Positions 26,277-39,697 of a DNA stretch of 64,000 nucleotides are shown here, piece after piece (the stretch's first letter is position 1; each line of letters starts with the position of its first letter). Source of the DNA: Lingula anatina (taxonomy: Eukaryota; Animalia; Brachiopoda); assembly GCA_051362555.1 (NCBI GenBank), contig CM120643.1, positions 4,712,001 through 4,776,000 on the forward strand, read 5' to 3'. A program made the position numbers and the translations under genes. The notes below the pieces were generated by a model. The model was not told where the DNA came from. It saw only the letters and a program-made list of their open reading frames with translations, and made no database searches.

Positions 26277-27176
26277 TACTGAACAAAAATATAAACGCAC
26301 AAAAGAATATGTTGATTTATTTTCTTGTATTGAACTAAAGTATATAGCCAACAATAACAGCATATTTTCCTCAACAAATAGACATCACTTTGATACCATT
26401 ACAGGATGTTTAAGTGCACAGTCCAAGAGATAGGGGATCAACTACACCATGGGTGTCAACATCCTGAGTTCACAGACACTAATAACGAGTATGGCCGCCA
26501 TTAGCTTCGCGCAGAGCAGTACACCGACGGCGCATGGATATCACCAAGTTGTCAATAGTGGCCTGAGGGATATCATCCCATTCCTCCTGGAGTTGTGCTC
26601 GCAGTTAGTGAACATTCTCGGGAGCTGAGACATGATGGCCAAAACGCTGATCCAGAACATCCCACAGGTGTTCGATGGGCGACATATTGGGTGTGGTAGC
26701 ACGTTGGCGGCAGGCATGTGGGTGGTTCCTATAGTGCTTCCAGTGTCTCTGAAGCGTGTTCTCAGACGGCTGACAGTGGAATGATGCACATTCAGGCATG
26801 CTGCAACTTCTGTTACCAACAAGCCAGCAATGAGCATGCCGATGGCACGCTCCCTCATGATTTCAGACATCTGTGGCATGTTGACAAGTGACAGAAATGC
26901 ACATTTTGGTGTGCCGTTTTATTGCCTAGACTGTAAGGAGTGTCTGTGTATTGGTCATACAGATTGACTTTCACTCCCTCATGCTCCATTAGTCTTATGG
27001 GTGAAAAACTGAACCTTTGAGTATACTCACGGGGAGCGGCCAAGTGAAACCAGACCACTATACTTGATCAAAACAAATCCATCAGTTCACAAATAAACCA
27101 TCAACCTGGTCATATTTCATAATTATCTATTTAAACTGACCATTTTAGTTTCGTGCGTTTATATTTTTGTTCAGTA
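26277..27176 (-). mobile_element. Tc1-family transposon, internally deleted, with intact TIRs and TA TSD
   Basis: TIR TACTGAACAAAAATATAAACGCAC / GTGCGTTTATATTTTTGTTCAGTA, with TA duplicated on both sides. Confidence 0.92.
26479..26879 (-). pseudogene. Tc1 transposase pseudogene (HTH N-terminus joined to C-terminus, most of the DDE core deleted)
   Basis: MPQMSEIMRERAIGMLIAG...STVSRLRTRFRDTGST is followed by a frameshift, then ...ATTP|NMSPIEHLWDVLDQR...QEEWDDIPQATIDNLVISMRRRCTALREANGGHTRY*. Confidence 0.9.
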
Positions 27177-28856
27177 TATTTTCATGCTATTTTAATAGCT
27201 TAAAAGCATTATGTAATATTGCATCAAAATTGATGAAAAGCTTATTTTGGGCTCTGCCGCTATAGTGACTTTTAAAAAACCATGTCTTTAACTCTTCTTG
27301 GACTTACAGGAAAGAAACATAGGACTGAAATACAGCTTTAATTTGAAAATCGCTCAGTTTGGTTACTTTTTCTGGAAGTCAAACAGTTTTTGTTAAAATT
27401 TAGTTTTTAACATATCTGCATTTCAAGGTGCAACTTCCGTTGTTCTTTAAGACTTTCGCTAGTCACATTTTCTGTATATCCATGATACTTTTATTTTATT
27501 ATTAAAAATTGATGGTCATTATACCGTAAAGCATTATATCAAATTGAAGAAAACCCGATTTTGGGCATTGCCTCCATAGTGACCATTAAAGAAAAACCAT
27601 GTCATTATGTAATATTGCATCATACATTACTTGATACTAATGGATACATTTGTAATCTTTTTTCAAAAGTTATAAATACGAGGAAATAAAAGAGGAAACA
27701 ACACTTTTATCATTACTGCTCATTGCTAAATAGGTTTATTTTAGGTCATACATCTACCAGTCAGCCCCGAATAGTACCTCTCTCAATTATCAGTTACCAG
27801 TACTTTTTCATAGAATTAGAGACCATTCAGAACAGATGATCCGCGGACTAAATATGGCCGACAGGGCTTCAAAGCAGTGCTGACTAATTCCATGATGGCC
27901 TTGTGACAGGAATGGTAGTCCTAGGATTGGATGTCTGGGGTCCCATCTGTGTAGTACAGGTTAGGGTTAGTTGGAGTATTGGGGCTAGTAGGTAAATGGG
28001 ACGAATGTCAATGTGCAACGTAATGGGGAACGGACAACGGTTCCTAGCGACTTCCATTCCTGTTACACCAGCGGAAAACGTGTAAAGACGCAGTGCTTGG
28101 GTTTCAAATTATACATCTTTCGGTTGAAATATCAGAAGAATATGAGAAACAAATTAAATAAATTCCCAAACACACAACACTTTATTTCGTGTTACGAATT
28201 AGGATTACTGAACATTTTGTCAGGGCTGTTCCCAATATTTTATTTATTCTTATATATTACCGCTCTTTTTCGAGTTTTTCCTCAAGCACGTTTTCTTTCA
28301 CGAAAATGCGCGGGCCTCAAGATTTTGATATGATCTAAAGCACTCGAGGCGACCAAAGTCTCATGACATCTATTGTCATCGAAGTAAGTAAGAAAGTCAC
28401 GGAATACCGTCACAGCCAAAGTAAGAAGATCGTCCACGAAATCTTGAAGATTATTGATCTGATAGAAATGTTTAGATGCCCGTCGACGTAAACTTTAAAA
28501 CTTCTGACCGTCTTCCGGAAGACCCAGAAGAAAGCCTCTATCTGCCTTTGCGATAGTAGTTACGTATAAGCAGTACATATCACAGGAAAAAAAGACAAGT
28601 AATATTTCATATGAATAAATTTTTATACACTGGTGATGAAACATAAAAAGAACTAAAGTTAAATTATGTCTAAAAGAACTAATCTGCCCTTCTGCGAAGC
28701 AATTCGTATCAAAAGCTCACATTTCAATGATTTTATTATTAAAATTTCTACACAACACTTAAGGGTATTGTAATCCTTTATTATCGTCCAGATACTGAAA
28801 ATGAGTTTTTCCTGCATCTAATTATTCAATAATGCATCTTTTTTCTGATTTAAGCG

Positions 28857-28902
<46 letters not shown>

Positions 28903-30661
28903 ACCAAACACTGAATCACTGTTAGGGTTTTGTACTAAATGGTGCCATTAAATTGCCGTTGAAAAAGTGATTGTGGGTGCTCAGGTAAAAGAGAAATTTG
29001 AGAAACCAATTTTTCAGCTTTTAAATTATAAAATGACATACTGTATGCGTAAATGTTAATTAATATAGTCACTGAAACCTCAAGATTTATCTTTTCCCAA
29101 AAGAATGTGTGTAAGACCGTAAATAATTAGTGGGCGAAGGGTGACAGCATGAAACAAGAACATGGGGACTTGTGTAAAATTTACATTTCATATCGCTACT
29201 GTTGGTGAAAAAAAATCCAGAAGGTGAGGGTAATTTTACTTATCAGTGAGTATACATCACTCAAATATGAAATTTTGTTTGAGTAATCAGTGAGCACAAT
29301 TAGTATTTTTACTTGTTTATTTGCTTAAAAATCCCTTTTTTTTATTTTTTTGTACAGGTTCCAGTAGTCAACATTTTACTCATAGGTACAATAGAAATTG
29401 CAGCTGCATTTTTATTGACATGAAAATAGCATTTACTCACTCCTTATGATAACGGCAAAGGTGTATAGGAAAAAATATTTTTTCCACTTTTATACCCACA
29501 CACATAAAATAATAAAATATATCGATCTGAACAAATATTGCATTACTGTGTCAAACGAAATGTCATTTTGACAAATTGAGTCAACTTATTTACAAGTCTT
29601 CAAATGGTGTCCTAAAAGGGTATTATCATCAAAGGTGTCAAATTTGTACAACATGGTGAGTGTTTAATTCTACCTACTTACTCTGGGAAATATCCTTGAA
29701 CATTTGAATTGCAAATTTAATAAATAAAAGCGCTTGTGCTAGCGGTAATCTTGGGATATCCTAACAGGGGGAATCTTACAAGAGGAGCCAAATACAATTC
29801 TTGTGCTAGCATGTTGGAGGAAGCACATTCAATATGAGTGGATTTTCCGAAGAAACTTGAAAGAACATGTTGCTTCACCCCTTTTTGAATCATTTAGATG
29901 TATGTTAAACTACTTTAATGTCTAGATAAGCATTTTATCGACACCAAGAACGGGATTGGAATATGTCGATAAAATGCCCCGAAAGATACGCGAAAAGTTA
30001 CTAAAGTTTGTAAGTCTTAAAATTACAAGAGTTTCGAGAATACCGCTCAAGTCCAAGTTACAAATTCAAGTAAATACATGTAGCTTCAAATGTTGTAAGC
30101 TACAAAGATTCCAAATGACCCTGTAGTCCAATGACAGTACTGTGACATAAGTGTGACGTTGTTGTATTAAAACTATGACATACAAGTGCATGTATGATGT
30201 CATGTTACTAATACTAGCTATTTCCAGACTGGGCGGACGTAGGATATAACTTCTATCGGCGTGTATGCAGGGAGTGCGTATGGAAAAGTTGGAGCCCGCA
30301 GCGGGATCGCATTTAACATGGAATCTTTATGTAGGCTTTTACTGTACCCCAGCATCAGTGATTCTTTTTAATCATTCAAAATTTTCATCTGTTGCCTCCT
30401 CTGATTTAGATTCCGTTGGTATAAATCAAATCGATTTTTAAATTCAAATGGTTCTCACTGTATTTAAAATGTGGCCATAAGTATTAAACAGAACGTTCTC
30501 AATGTTCTTGTAAATCGGATAGTACATCTCAAGATGTGATATATACGCAGGTAAAATATCAAAAGAAAAAAAGGCAATCATCAAGTTTTCGATCATTTCA
30601 GGCATTGTTCTGACGGGCCAGAGTTCCAACCGCCGCAGTCATCAGTACAATCTCCCGGAGA

Positions 30662-30807
30662 TGTAAAGCCTCTCTTCTGGTCCTCAAATCAAGTTCGGTC
30701 CCTTGGTTCTAAACTGTTTACAAGAAGCTCTATACTGGACCTACACCTGTAAATGTCCATCATTACGAGTTCAAACGTGTTCCCTAAACGTGTCCTTGGC
30801 TGACTCT
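30662..30807 (+). repeat. Unclassified interspersed repeat, copy 1
   Basis: CTGGTCCTCAAATCAAGTTCGGTCCCTTGGTTCTAAAC...GGACCTACACCTGTAAATGTCCATCAT is shared with 34307-34452 (-) and 45040-45177 (+). Confidence 0.85.
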
Positions 30808-31397
30808 ATTATGGTCTCCAATATTTGAGGTTTAAAACTTTGAGAGACTACCAAAAAACGTACGTAAACTGAATGTTAGAAAGAAATGCATTTCAATTAT
30901 TTAAAATTGTATTATATTTGCTATAATATATTCTCAGATTTTTTAAAGAACACAAAAGTTTTGCTGCGTGACTACCTTTAGGATGCTTAAGAATAATACT
31001 ACAATATTTATGGCGTTCTCTGCCTCATGTTTTCAAGACAGTTACATTCGTGGGTGATTGTGTGCATGTGGTGGTGTTGGGGGGGGGGGGGGTGCTCACT
31101 CACTGCCATGATTGTGCGCTTTTTATTCCGTTTCAAGTTAGTATAAGCTCTTATTTTCATATGGACGCGTTTATTCCCGTGAATTTCCTAAATGTCCACT
31201 GGACTGGTATGGTCACGCGTTTTGTGCAAGTAGTAGAAATGGATTATATTTTTTTTCGAATCAGCAGATCTAAAATAAACAAAGTTTATTAATAAACGCG
31301 CAATATTTTCGTAATTAAAGCCTATTTGCCTGTTTGACTGCATTTAAACTAAGACGCAACTGACCATAATGTGTGTTTGATTGACGGGGCTGGTTTA

Positions 31398-31608
31398 AGC
31401 CCCTTTTACACTGGACGGCGTCCTTTCTGCGTCCAGCAGTACGGCCCCATTTGAGAGTTAAAAATTATAATACTTTACGTGCCGACAACTGGCCGTTCAT
31501 TGAGCATTCATTCTGATACAAAATCAATGCTCGTGCCTCCTTATTAAGACCACAGAGATGCCAAATTTCATGGTCGCAGAAAGGACGCCGTCCAGTGTAA
31601 AGGGGGTA
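31398..31608. mobile_element. PIF/Harbinger-like MITE
   Basis: TIR GCCCCTTTTACACTGGACGGCGTCCTTTCTGCG / CGCAGAAAGGACGCCGTCCAGTGTAAAGGGGG, flanked by TTA on both sides. Confidence 0.85.
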
Positions 31609-33989
31609 TTAGAGATGTACTTGCTGCATACCTTGTTGATATTTATACCTAGGCTTTCACAAGCTGTATATCCCATATCATTCAGATAATGTTCAAGTGT
31701 TGTTTTGCTACATGATGACAACTTAGCATCCCAATTGTATTGCTTTAGGAGCGTGCAGTGAAGGGAATATCATGAAAACCCAGTGATCTGACCAAAGACA
31801 TTGTAGAGATCCAGTATAACTACGTAGTATAAGTAGGCCTATGCATACCAGTGCAGTTTACTGTTACACAACGCCGTTCTCCCTTGGGCAAAATTAAAGG
31901 CTAAAATCCCCGTTTCAATTTACCAGTTCAAGGGAAAGATTCAGAACAGCGCCCTGGCCTGAATTTTGACTTACAAACTGACCTCGGAAACCACAAAATT
32001 TCATGCCCGAAATCTGTGATTTTAAATACTCGATCCCCACCATTAAATGTCCCACCGACCCTCACATTGACTGCCTCTCTTGTTATAGAGCACAATTCAA
32101 ATTAATTTAAAAGAGAAAAACCTAGCTGTTATTACAGAATCGGGATTCTTTATCATAGATTTTGTCTCGACTCCAGGGACGTCTCAATTTCTTTTTCGCC
32201 CTATATATACATGTCTTATTAAGTTGAATGGTCTTTATCGCAGCATCTTTATTTAAGTTCATTAAAAACCACAAATCAAAGGAATTGTGCGCCGTAATGT
32301 ACATGATCTTTGGATGGTTATTTTAAGTAATCCGATGTTGATAATTTCGAATCCTATACATTATAGTACATATGCGTACATGGAAAGCATCAAAACAGAT
32401 TAAAGGCATTTTCGCGTCGATCATTATACCGTTTTATTTGCATCTCATCTGTAGCGAACATTTGTTGCCAGATTAACGAAGCACCGCGCAATTATGTAAG
32501 AGAACCACGAAAATAGAGCACCCGCACCAGACACGGGCATTTAATTTTGGTTGGTCCGTAAAGGGCTTGTATTCGACCGGAGGCAGAGTTGTGAATCAAT
32601 CTACAGTATATTATTTTCCGTTTATATAAAAGTTACCTAAGTCTCGCATAACGCTATCTCAAAATTGGTCCATTTATGACCCTTTAAAACACCGCTACAG
32701 ATGTAGACACTCCAACCCAATTAATTGAGTTCGATGTGAGAAAACTTTCAACAAAAAGTGAAAATGTGAGCCACATATATTTAGATTAATATCGGAATAA
32801 ATATATGACACGTTCCATTACTTTCACTGGTTTATGCCATTGTACCCTCTAACTGGGAAAGCAGTCAGCAGTTATTAAAAGTAATATGATACATTAATAA
32901 AAACGTTATGCAAAACGTGAGCGGTTGTGATAAGTTAATTTACGCTCTCATCTTTCATATGAAAAGAAAAATGATTATTTATTACAAGAGTTCAGGGTGG
33001 GAAGAGGAGCATAAGGGCATAGCAACTATTATGTTATGAAATAAGTCAAGTTGAGCCTTTCTTCTGATATACTTTATCTTGTTTCGTGCCTATCTAGCTT
33101 AGTCGGTTAAGAAGATATATAACCCCCCCTCCCCCCCCCCCCCCCCCCCCGCCCACACTTCTTTCAACCTGTAAGATTGGAAAGTCGGTAGTCTGGCTCG
33201 GGCAATAAAATCTCACTATCTCCACATCTGGTTTCTATCAAGCGCGTTCAGAGCTTCAGAGCTTAGGACAAACATATTGCTCCTCGGGCCAGGAAATCTG
33301 GAGAAGGGGAGTAGAGGAACATGTCTTCTCAATATGGAAAGCTATATATTTTTGGTAATTTCCTTTGTAACATTTACAAACACTAAAAATATCCTTTCTC
33401 GAATTAATATCATGTTTACACATTTCTGTAAATATCCTGAATTAAAATACTAATGTTAGATGTCAGAGACTTTGATTTATGACGAGAGAGAGAGAGAGGT
33501 AATGACAATCTGTAAATGTCCCGAACTAGAGGAGAGTGTTATAAACTGAACACATCTTGGCTACAACCCGTAGACAGTTAGCCCACAGAGTGGTTTAGTT
33601 ATTATGATCAACATAATTGTTTTTATTTTTATTAATATCAAACAATTTTACTGTTTGCAGCTATACCTGTTTGGAACATGTACTCTGCGCCATATAATAG
33701 CAATGGTGCAAAGTGGTGATATTGTAAAATCCTGCAATAAAATTTTCTTCAAATATCAAATTTTATTAGATGGTTGAATACAACATCAGTAATAGAACAG
33801 TAATAGAATTCAGCATAATGATACTGAATTGTTGTAAAGACATGAAGGAAGCAGGGTGACCATATATGCTCGGAATATTGTCGGAGAGGGAAATTTCTCC
33901 AGTTTGTTCACTGCCCTGTGAAGCCATATTTTGTGGCCTGAGATGCCGTTACTTCGTGACCTGACCTGTCTAAAGCACGTCCGCGCACT

Positions 33990-34452
33990 CTTTTCATCTT
34001 TTGATTCTTCCACATTAATCAAGATACGGAGTATCAATTACAAGTGACCCCCGGGGGGGGGGGCATGAAGGGAATAAATAATTATATGTAGTATCCTTGT
34101 GACAGAAGGTTACTCTGCAATTTATATCTTTCAATTTATGCTGTGAAATAATAGCCAGCTAGTCCGTTGATCTGGCGAATCAACCAAATGACCGTTAGTT
34201 GAGTTGCTTAACTACAAGTAATTAATCCCCTCCCCTCCCTCCGAACGTCAAACTGGCGGGTTTCCAAATGAAGACTATACCGCAGAAAAAGTTTGGGGCC
34301 CAAAAGAGAGTCAGCCAAGTACACGTTTGGGGAACACGTTTGAACACGTCATGATGGACATTTACAGGTGTAGGACAAGAACAGAGCCTCTGGTAAACAG
34401 TTTAGAACCAAGGGACCGAACTTGATTTGAGGACCAGAAGAGAGGCTTTACA
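33990..34452 (-). repeat. Unclassified interspersed repeat, copy 2 (extended)
   Basis: Reverse complement of the 30662-30807 core, plus ~300 bp similar (inverted) to ~45210-45460. Confidence 0.8.
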
Positions 34453-34506
34453 GACGCTCTGTACAGCGACTTGCAGAATTGGCCACATTATGCTGCTGAT
34501 CGTTTA

Positions 34507-35610
34507 TAATAATAATAATGATAATAAACTTTATTTAAAGAGGGTAAAACATGTTAAGTGCGCACACTTATCTTACACATGGCCCTCTAGGGGGTTAAAA
34601 TGAAATTTTATTCTAATGAATAAAAGATGAATAAATTATGAAATTAAAATGACAATGAGGTAAAAATGAAGTGAGTTTAAATAACAAAATTAATTAATAA
34701 GAATAAAGCAGAAGACATTATATGTTAGTAAAAATCCTAGAGCTACATGACTTAAGAGTTGTATACTTTTGGTTTTTTAAAAACAATATTTTAAAAGTAT
34801 CCAAGTCTTTGTAGTTTTTTATTTTAAATTGTAGGCAGTTCCATATTCTAATCGAGGTCCATATTGGGCCTTTAGTTAATATGTCTTTATGTCTGCCAAC
34901 TGGTAAATAGATATTTCCCTTATTATTTGATCGGGTGATTCTGCCTGTAGTGTCTATGGTTGTAATTCCCAGTAAGTCTTTGATGTATTCAGGTGAAAGT
35001 CCATTTAAAGCTTTAAAAACTAATGTGGCTTTCTTATATTCTATCCGTTCATAGATTGTTTGCCATTTTAGTTTCTTCAATAGTTCAATTGTTGGATGTT
35101 TCTTGGCTTCTTTTTCTGGGATATCGAGAATGATTCTAGCTCCACGTTTTTGAAGTTTGTATATATTTTCTAGTTGTGTACAGATGAGGTAGTATATGTG
35201 CATTATAAAACAGTTTCCTTGTTTCCAATGTTAAGTATCGTTTTAGTTTAGTTAGAAGGGAAAGTTTACTGTTAATTCTTTTTTCAAGTTTCTGCACATA
35301 GTCATTCCAGCTTACCTTGAGTGTCAGAGCAACGTAAAAGCTCGCTTGTTAAATATACCTTGTGATGGAGTCGCTTTTACGCTTTTACCGGTATTGCTGA
35401 TATGGGTTATATATGAAATCAAGATCGAGCTGGCAATACCGGAATCTAGAACCTAGGGTATTCCAGCTAAGATTTTCATTAATATATACACCTAAAAGCC
35501 TTGGGGGACTCCACAAGTGATTGGTAAGGGTTCAGATATTTCATTTTTAAATATTGTCTGCTGTTTCCTGTTTGTGAGATATGATGTAAACCATGAGAGT
35601 TTCGTTAATA
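34507..35610 (-). mobile_element. L2/Crack (CR1-group) LINE remnant with 3' tail
   Basis: RT fragment WFTSYLTNRKQQTIFKNEISEPLPITCGVPQG and C-terminal LQKRGARIILD...LKKLKWQTIYERIEYKKATLVFKALNGLSPEYI. The 3' end has AATAAA plus (TTA)n at ~34507-34537. Confidence 0.85.
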
Positions 35611-35698
35611 CTAAGTAATAAGTAATAACTTGAACTGACTTTTTTACATAAAGTGTTGTAATTTTATTTATGAATTTCACTCAATTAGATATATGCAA

Positions 35699-35831
35699 CA
35701 GGCCCGTAGCCGGGGGGGGGGGGGAGGGGGGGGGTCTGAAATTTGGTCTAGGTACACAAAGGTTTCATTGAAAAAGGTCCACTTATTCAGAAAAAAAGAA
35801 CCCCCTTTTGAAATTGCTGGCTACGGGTCTG
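35699..35831. mobile_element. MITE with 5-bp TSD (hAT5-like), copy 2
   Basis: TIR CAGGCCCGTAGCCGG...CTGGCTACGGGTCTG with TSD TGCAA (35694-35698, 35832-35836). Confidence 0.8.
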
Positions 35832-36778
35832 TGCAATTAACGGTTACTAAAAGTGAACTAATGAAACAACGCGCCAAACATTTTCTTGCGTAATTTTCAA
35901 AACAAGACTAACTTAATTTAATACAAATATTGACCAATTCTTTAAATTAGTTTTCTCAGTTTTAATATGTTTTATTCGTGCATAGACAGTTAAAATATTA
36001 ATTCTGTAGAGTTTACTTATGGAAAATTACCTATGGTTGTAACATACAAGACAATTCAATAAACTTGTGAAAACTTAAACGTTTTCCTTCAAAAGTATTC
36101 ATCCATGTTTCAAGAAGTAGAAAGAAAGAAAGGAAAAAAATATCAATAACCTTCTGGATACACTGTACCGTAAGATTGAATGAAAATCCTGTTTTTCCCG
36201 ACCCACATGGTATGGAGGCTGGTTTATATGCCCAGTCACGCAATATGAAGAATGTTGAGTTTGGAATTCGTTTTTATTTTTATTTATTTATTTATTTATT
36301 TTTGTTGTGTGCGTGTATGTTATTATGACTTTATCAACCCCTAATCCCCTTTTCGAGATGGAAACTTATTGTGCTTTCTCATAAAACAGACTGCCATTCA
36401 AACCGAAGCATCCGTAAGTGACCTCCTCATAATTATGTAAATCAGGTGAGCGTTTTGGTGAGAGGTGCTCAGATAGGACTAAGGTCAGTAGGAGATGGAG
36501 AAGAAGGATTTCCCATGCCATTTTACTGCTACTGTCACATGTAGGCCGAAAAGATGGCACTGAAACAGGCAGCATTATCTCGTAAGTTCTGTACAGATGA
36601 TAGAAAGTATATTGTAGCATTTCTTACTCTTGCATTGAAGATATTTCCCTAAATGGTGCATTTGAGGCATAGTGGCCAAGGGGACATATAACTGACATGA
36701 AGGATACTTTCTCTTAGCTTTCCCTCAGTCCCTTTTGGGCACCCTTTGGTTTCTGATACCATTAGCTTTCCATGAGGG

Positions 36779-36781
<3 letters not shown>

Positions 36782-36844
<63 letters not shown>
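36782..36844. repeat. (TA)n microsatellite
   Basis: Pure TA run. Confidence 0.95.
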
Positions 36845-36846
<2 letters not shown>

Positions 36847-39305
36847 GTATGATTTTAAAATTTAAATGCGATGTGTTAATTATAACGCAAAGGATGCTAT
36901 AATGAACATGTACTGCTTTAATAATAAGATCTTTAGACGTTGTGCCATGAATGAAAATTTATCCCTTTAATTCCAGTAACCCTAAGATCCATTTACGAAG
37001 AAACCAGAAGCGTCCTACACAGAGACACGTTCGTGTTCGACATAAATAGGCCCACACCCATGCCAAGATTGTCTCCAATGCCGACGGAATGTTATGTTTG
37101 CTTTTGATTGTAACATTCTGCTCTAAAACATATATCAAATTAAAGGTCGAATAAATTGAGCTTTTAATTTATGAAACTTCTCATAGAATTAAATCCATAC
37201 TAAGTGTCCGCCCTGCATGTTGCTGGGTTGCTTCTTTTGGCATTTGTATGTTACTATGTCTTATTTGTATGTTACTATGCTCTATCTGATCATGGTGTTA
37301 TGAGGATAATTTATGTATACTTTTGGATCGGGGTTGATACCCGTCCCTTTGCGAACCTGAAACAATAGAAAAAAAGTCTATATAAAATGATAAGGTGATT
37401 GTTTTAAAATTATCATATATCAATTTCCAAAAAGAGGAATGTTTTTTATTTGTCACTGAAAATATGCATCTAGGCAAATCTGCAACATCAAGTTCACACC
37501 TCGCTGTGAATTTGAAGATGTACTTTTATTCATTTGAAATGATGTTGAGTTGTAGGAAGGCAAGACATTGCAACCCCATTATGTAAATTGCATATAGGAA
37601 ACTTAAATTACATTTATCGTGTGATCAGTGGAAAAAAGAGGAAGAGATGTAAATCTACACGAGGCATTGTTAACAAAACGTATAACGCCCTAGAAATACC
37701 AACATTATGTAACAGCCAAAATGTGTACACGTTACTGCAGAATTGTCCACTTGTACTATAACTATCTTTTCACAATTATGAATATGACACTGTGGCTGTG
37801 AATAACTTTCCTCTGGTTCTCGATGTTTTCAGTGCTGAGTGGGGGTCAAATATCTGTCTTCCTCAACAAAGTAAAACCATGGGATGGGTAAAGATTGCCA
37901 TTCGAAATAAAATTTAATTTATTATTGCAGTAGTAGAATGAGGATCTTTGTTGCGTATATAATAAGAGAAAAAATTTCCTATAGTTGGCTACAAAAATTT
38001 CTCAGGATCATTTATATGCCGTTAGGACTTATATTACAAAACAGAAGTGTCGAAAAACAAACTGGAAATAGCCTTCATTTAAATATCGTTTGTCCATTAA
38101 AATGTTTCTGTAGGACTGACATTAATTATTGCCTTTTGCATTTCATGTTTTCAAAATCACTTGAGCTGTCTTAAAGCCCAATTTTCGGGAGGTAAAGAGT
38201 ATTTCGAAAGGATTCCATGAATTTTTGGACTGTCGACCTTTATCGATTTTGTTCAAAAAGATAGTGACCAATTACTGATTTTTAAAAATAAGATAATAGG
38301 ATTTATTATTTTATCTATCACACTAAAGTCCATTCCAGTTTGGTCAGTTATTTAAGAATTTTACGGAATTATCATCTAAATATGCTATTTCGATATTCTA
38401 CCAATGTGTATGTAAACCTTACTACTTCGTTTGGTTTGAATTTTTAAAATAAAAAAATGCCTAAAATGTGCAGAGGAGCGGTTTAATTAAAGTTCTTCTG
38501 TATTCTTATATATTTTAATTTTTTTTGGGTGGGAGCAAGGGGTGATTGAGATAGACAGGTTTGGTTAGATATCATGCCCATGTTGGGTTATTAGTGCTGA
38601 GTGTCATCACTGAACACCGAGAACCAGAGTTCATTTTAATTGAATGTGAAAAGTCACCTCAAATACACTGATTTTTGGGTAACCTTTTCAGTTTTGTTTG
38701 TATATTATTCTGAATTTTGCTAAGACTTGGATTATCTTGTGAACCGCCAATGTCTTTATGTCGCTCCTGATTGCTTTGCAAGTGTAAATTTTCATCCACT
38801 ATTAAGCCATGTATGATATTTTTTTTCGGATTTAGTGCAAAGAAAACAAAATATAAAAAATATCGATTGGCAAAACAACCAGGAATCTTACAAACATGAA
38901 GAAATTTTGGCTACTATTCTATTTGGTATGCAAAAATCAACAAGACGACATAGGACAAGGCGTGCTTGCATGTGCGTGTGCGTTAGTGCACGAGTGACGC
39001 TTACAGCAGATTATTTGCATTTTTAACATTGTTACAACCTCTAAATTTTGACGGAAATGTTTTTGATGGAATTCGATGTAGACAAGGCACTGTCAACTTT
39101 GACAAAAATGCGGCAAGTACAATTTGTTAAAAAACTATTTTGTCTGTTATCAGTTCTTACCAAAGTTTTTCAAATGTTACGAAACTTGAACTTTTTTTTC
39201 ATAAATCAAAGGATTCTGTAACAATGTTAAAATCCATAAAATCTTTGACTTGTTTTATTTACAGATATATACTGTCTTGTTTTGTTAAATTTTAATATAG
39301 AGCTC

Positions 39306-39314
<9 letters not shown>

Positions 39315-39378
<64 letters not shown>
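39315..39378. repeat. (TA)n microsatellite
   Basis: Pure TA run. Confidence 0.95.
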
Positions 39379-39381
<3 letters not shown>

Positions 39382-39636
39382 TTTGTAAAAATATTAATGC
39401 TGTAAATTCATTTTGACGATAATAAACGTACAAATGCTTTTACTTCGTTCGAAACTTGCAAAAGTAATTTCCTCTTTCCTTGCTTACGTCGAACCCCTCA
39501 TCTCCTAATTACTGCACTGCCGTCCTAACTACTGAGCCACCGACTCGGGTAGATATTTCTAAGACGTAGACGTTAAATTACTCATTTTTATTATTATCAT
39601 TTTTTTTTGCAAAAGGTAATTTGCTTGGACACAGAA

Positions 39637-39697
39637 GTGCCGGGTTTCGAACCCTAGTCTTCCTGGGTCCGAGTTTCGCGTGCTATCCACTCCTCTA
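39637..39697 (-). mobile_element. Possible tRNA-derived SINE head (Pol III A/B boxes)
   Basis: The minus strand TAGAGGAGTGGATAGCACGCG...AGGGTTCGAAACCCGGCAC has an A-box-like and a B-box (GGTTCGAAACC) motif at tRNA-like spacing. No full cloverleaf is evident. Confidence 0.45.

Noticed and set aside
33565-33574. AACCCGTAGA, the 5' end of miR-100
   Set aside because: Only 10 nt match, the rest diverges from mature miR-100, and no precursor hairpin is evident.
35185-35194. TGAGGTAGTA, the 5' end of let-7
   Set aside because: It is a 10-nt match inside a LINE ORF2 remnant, with no let-7 3' half or hairpin.
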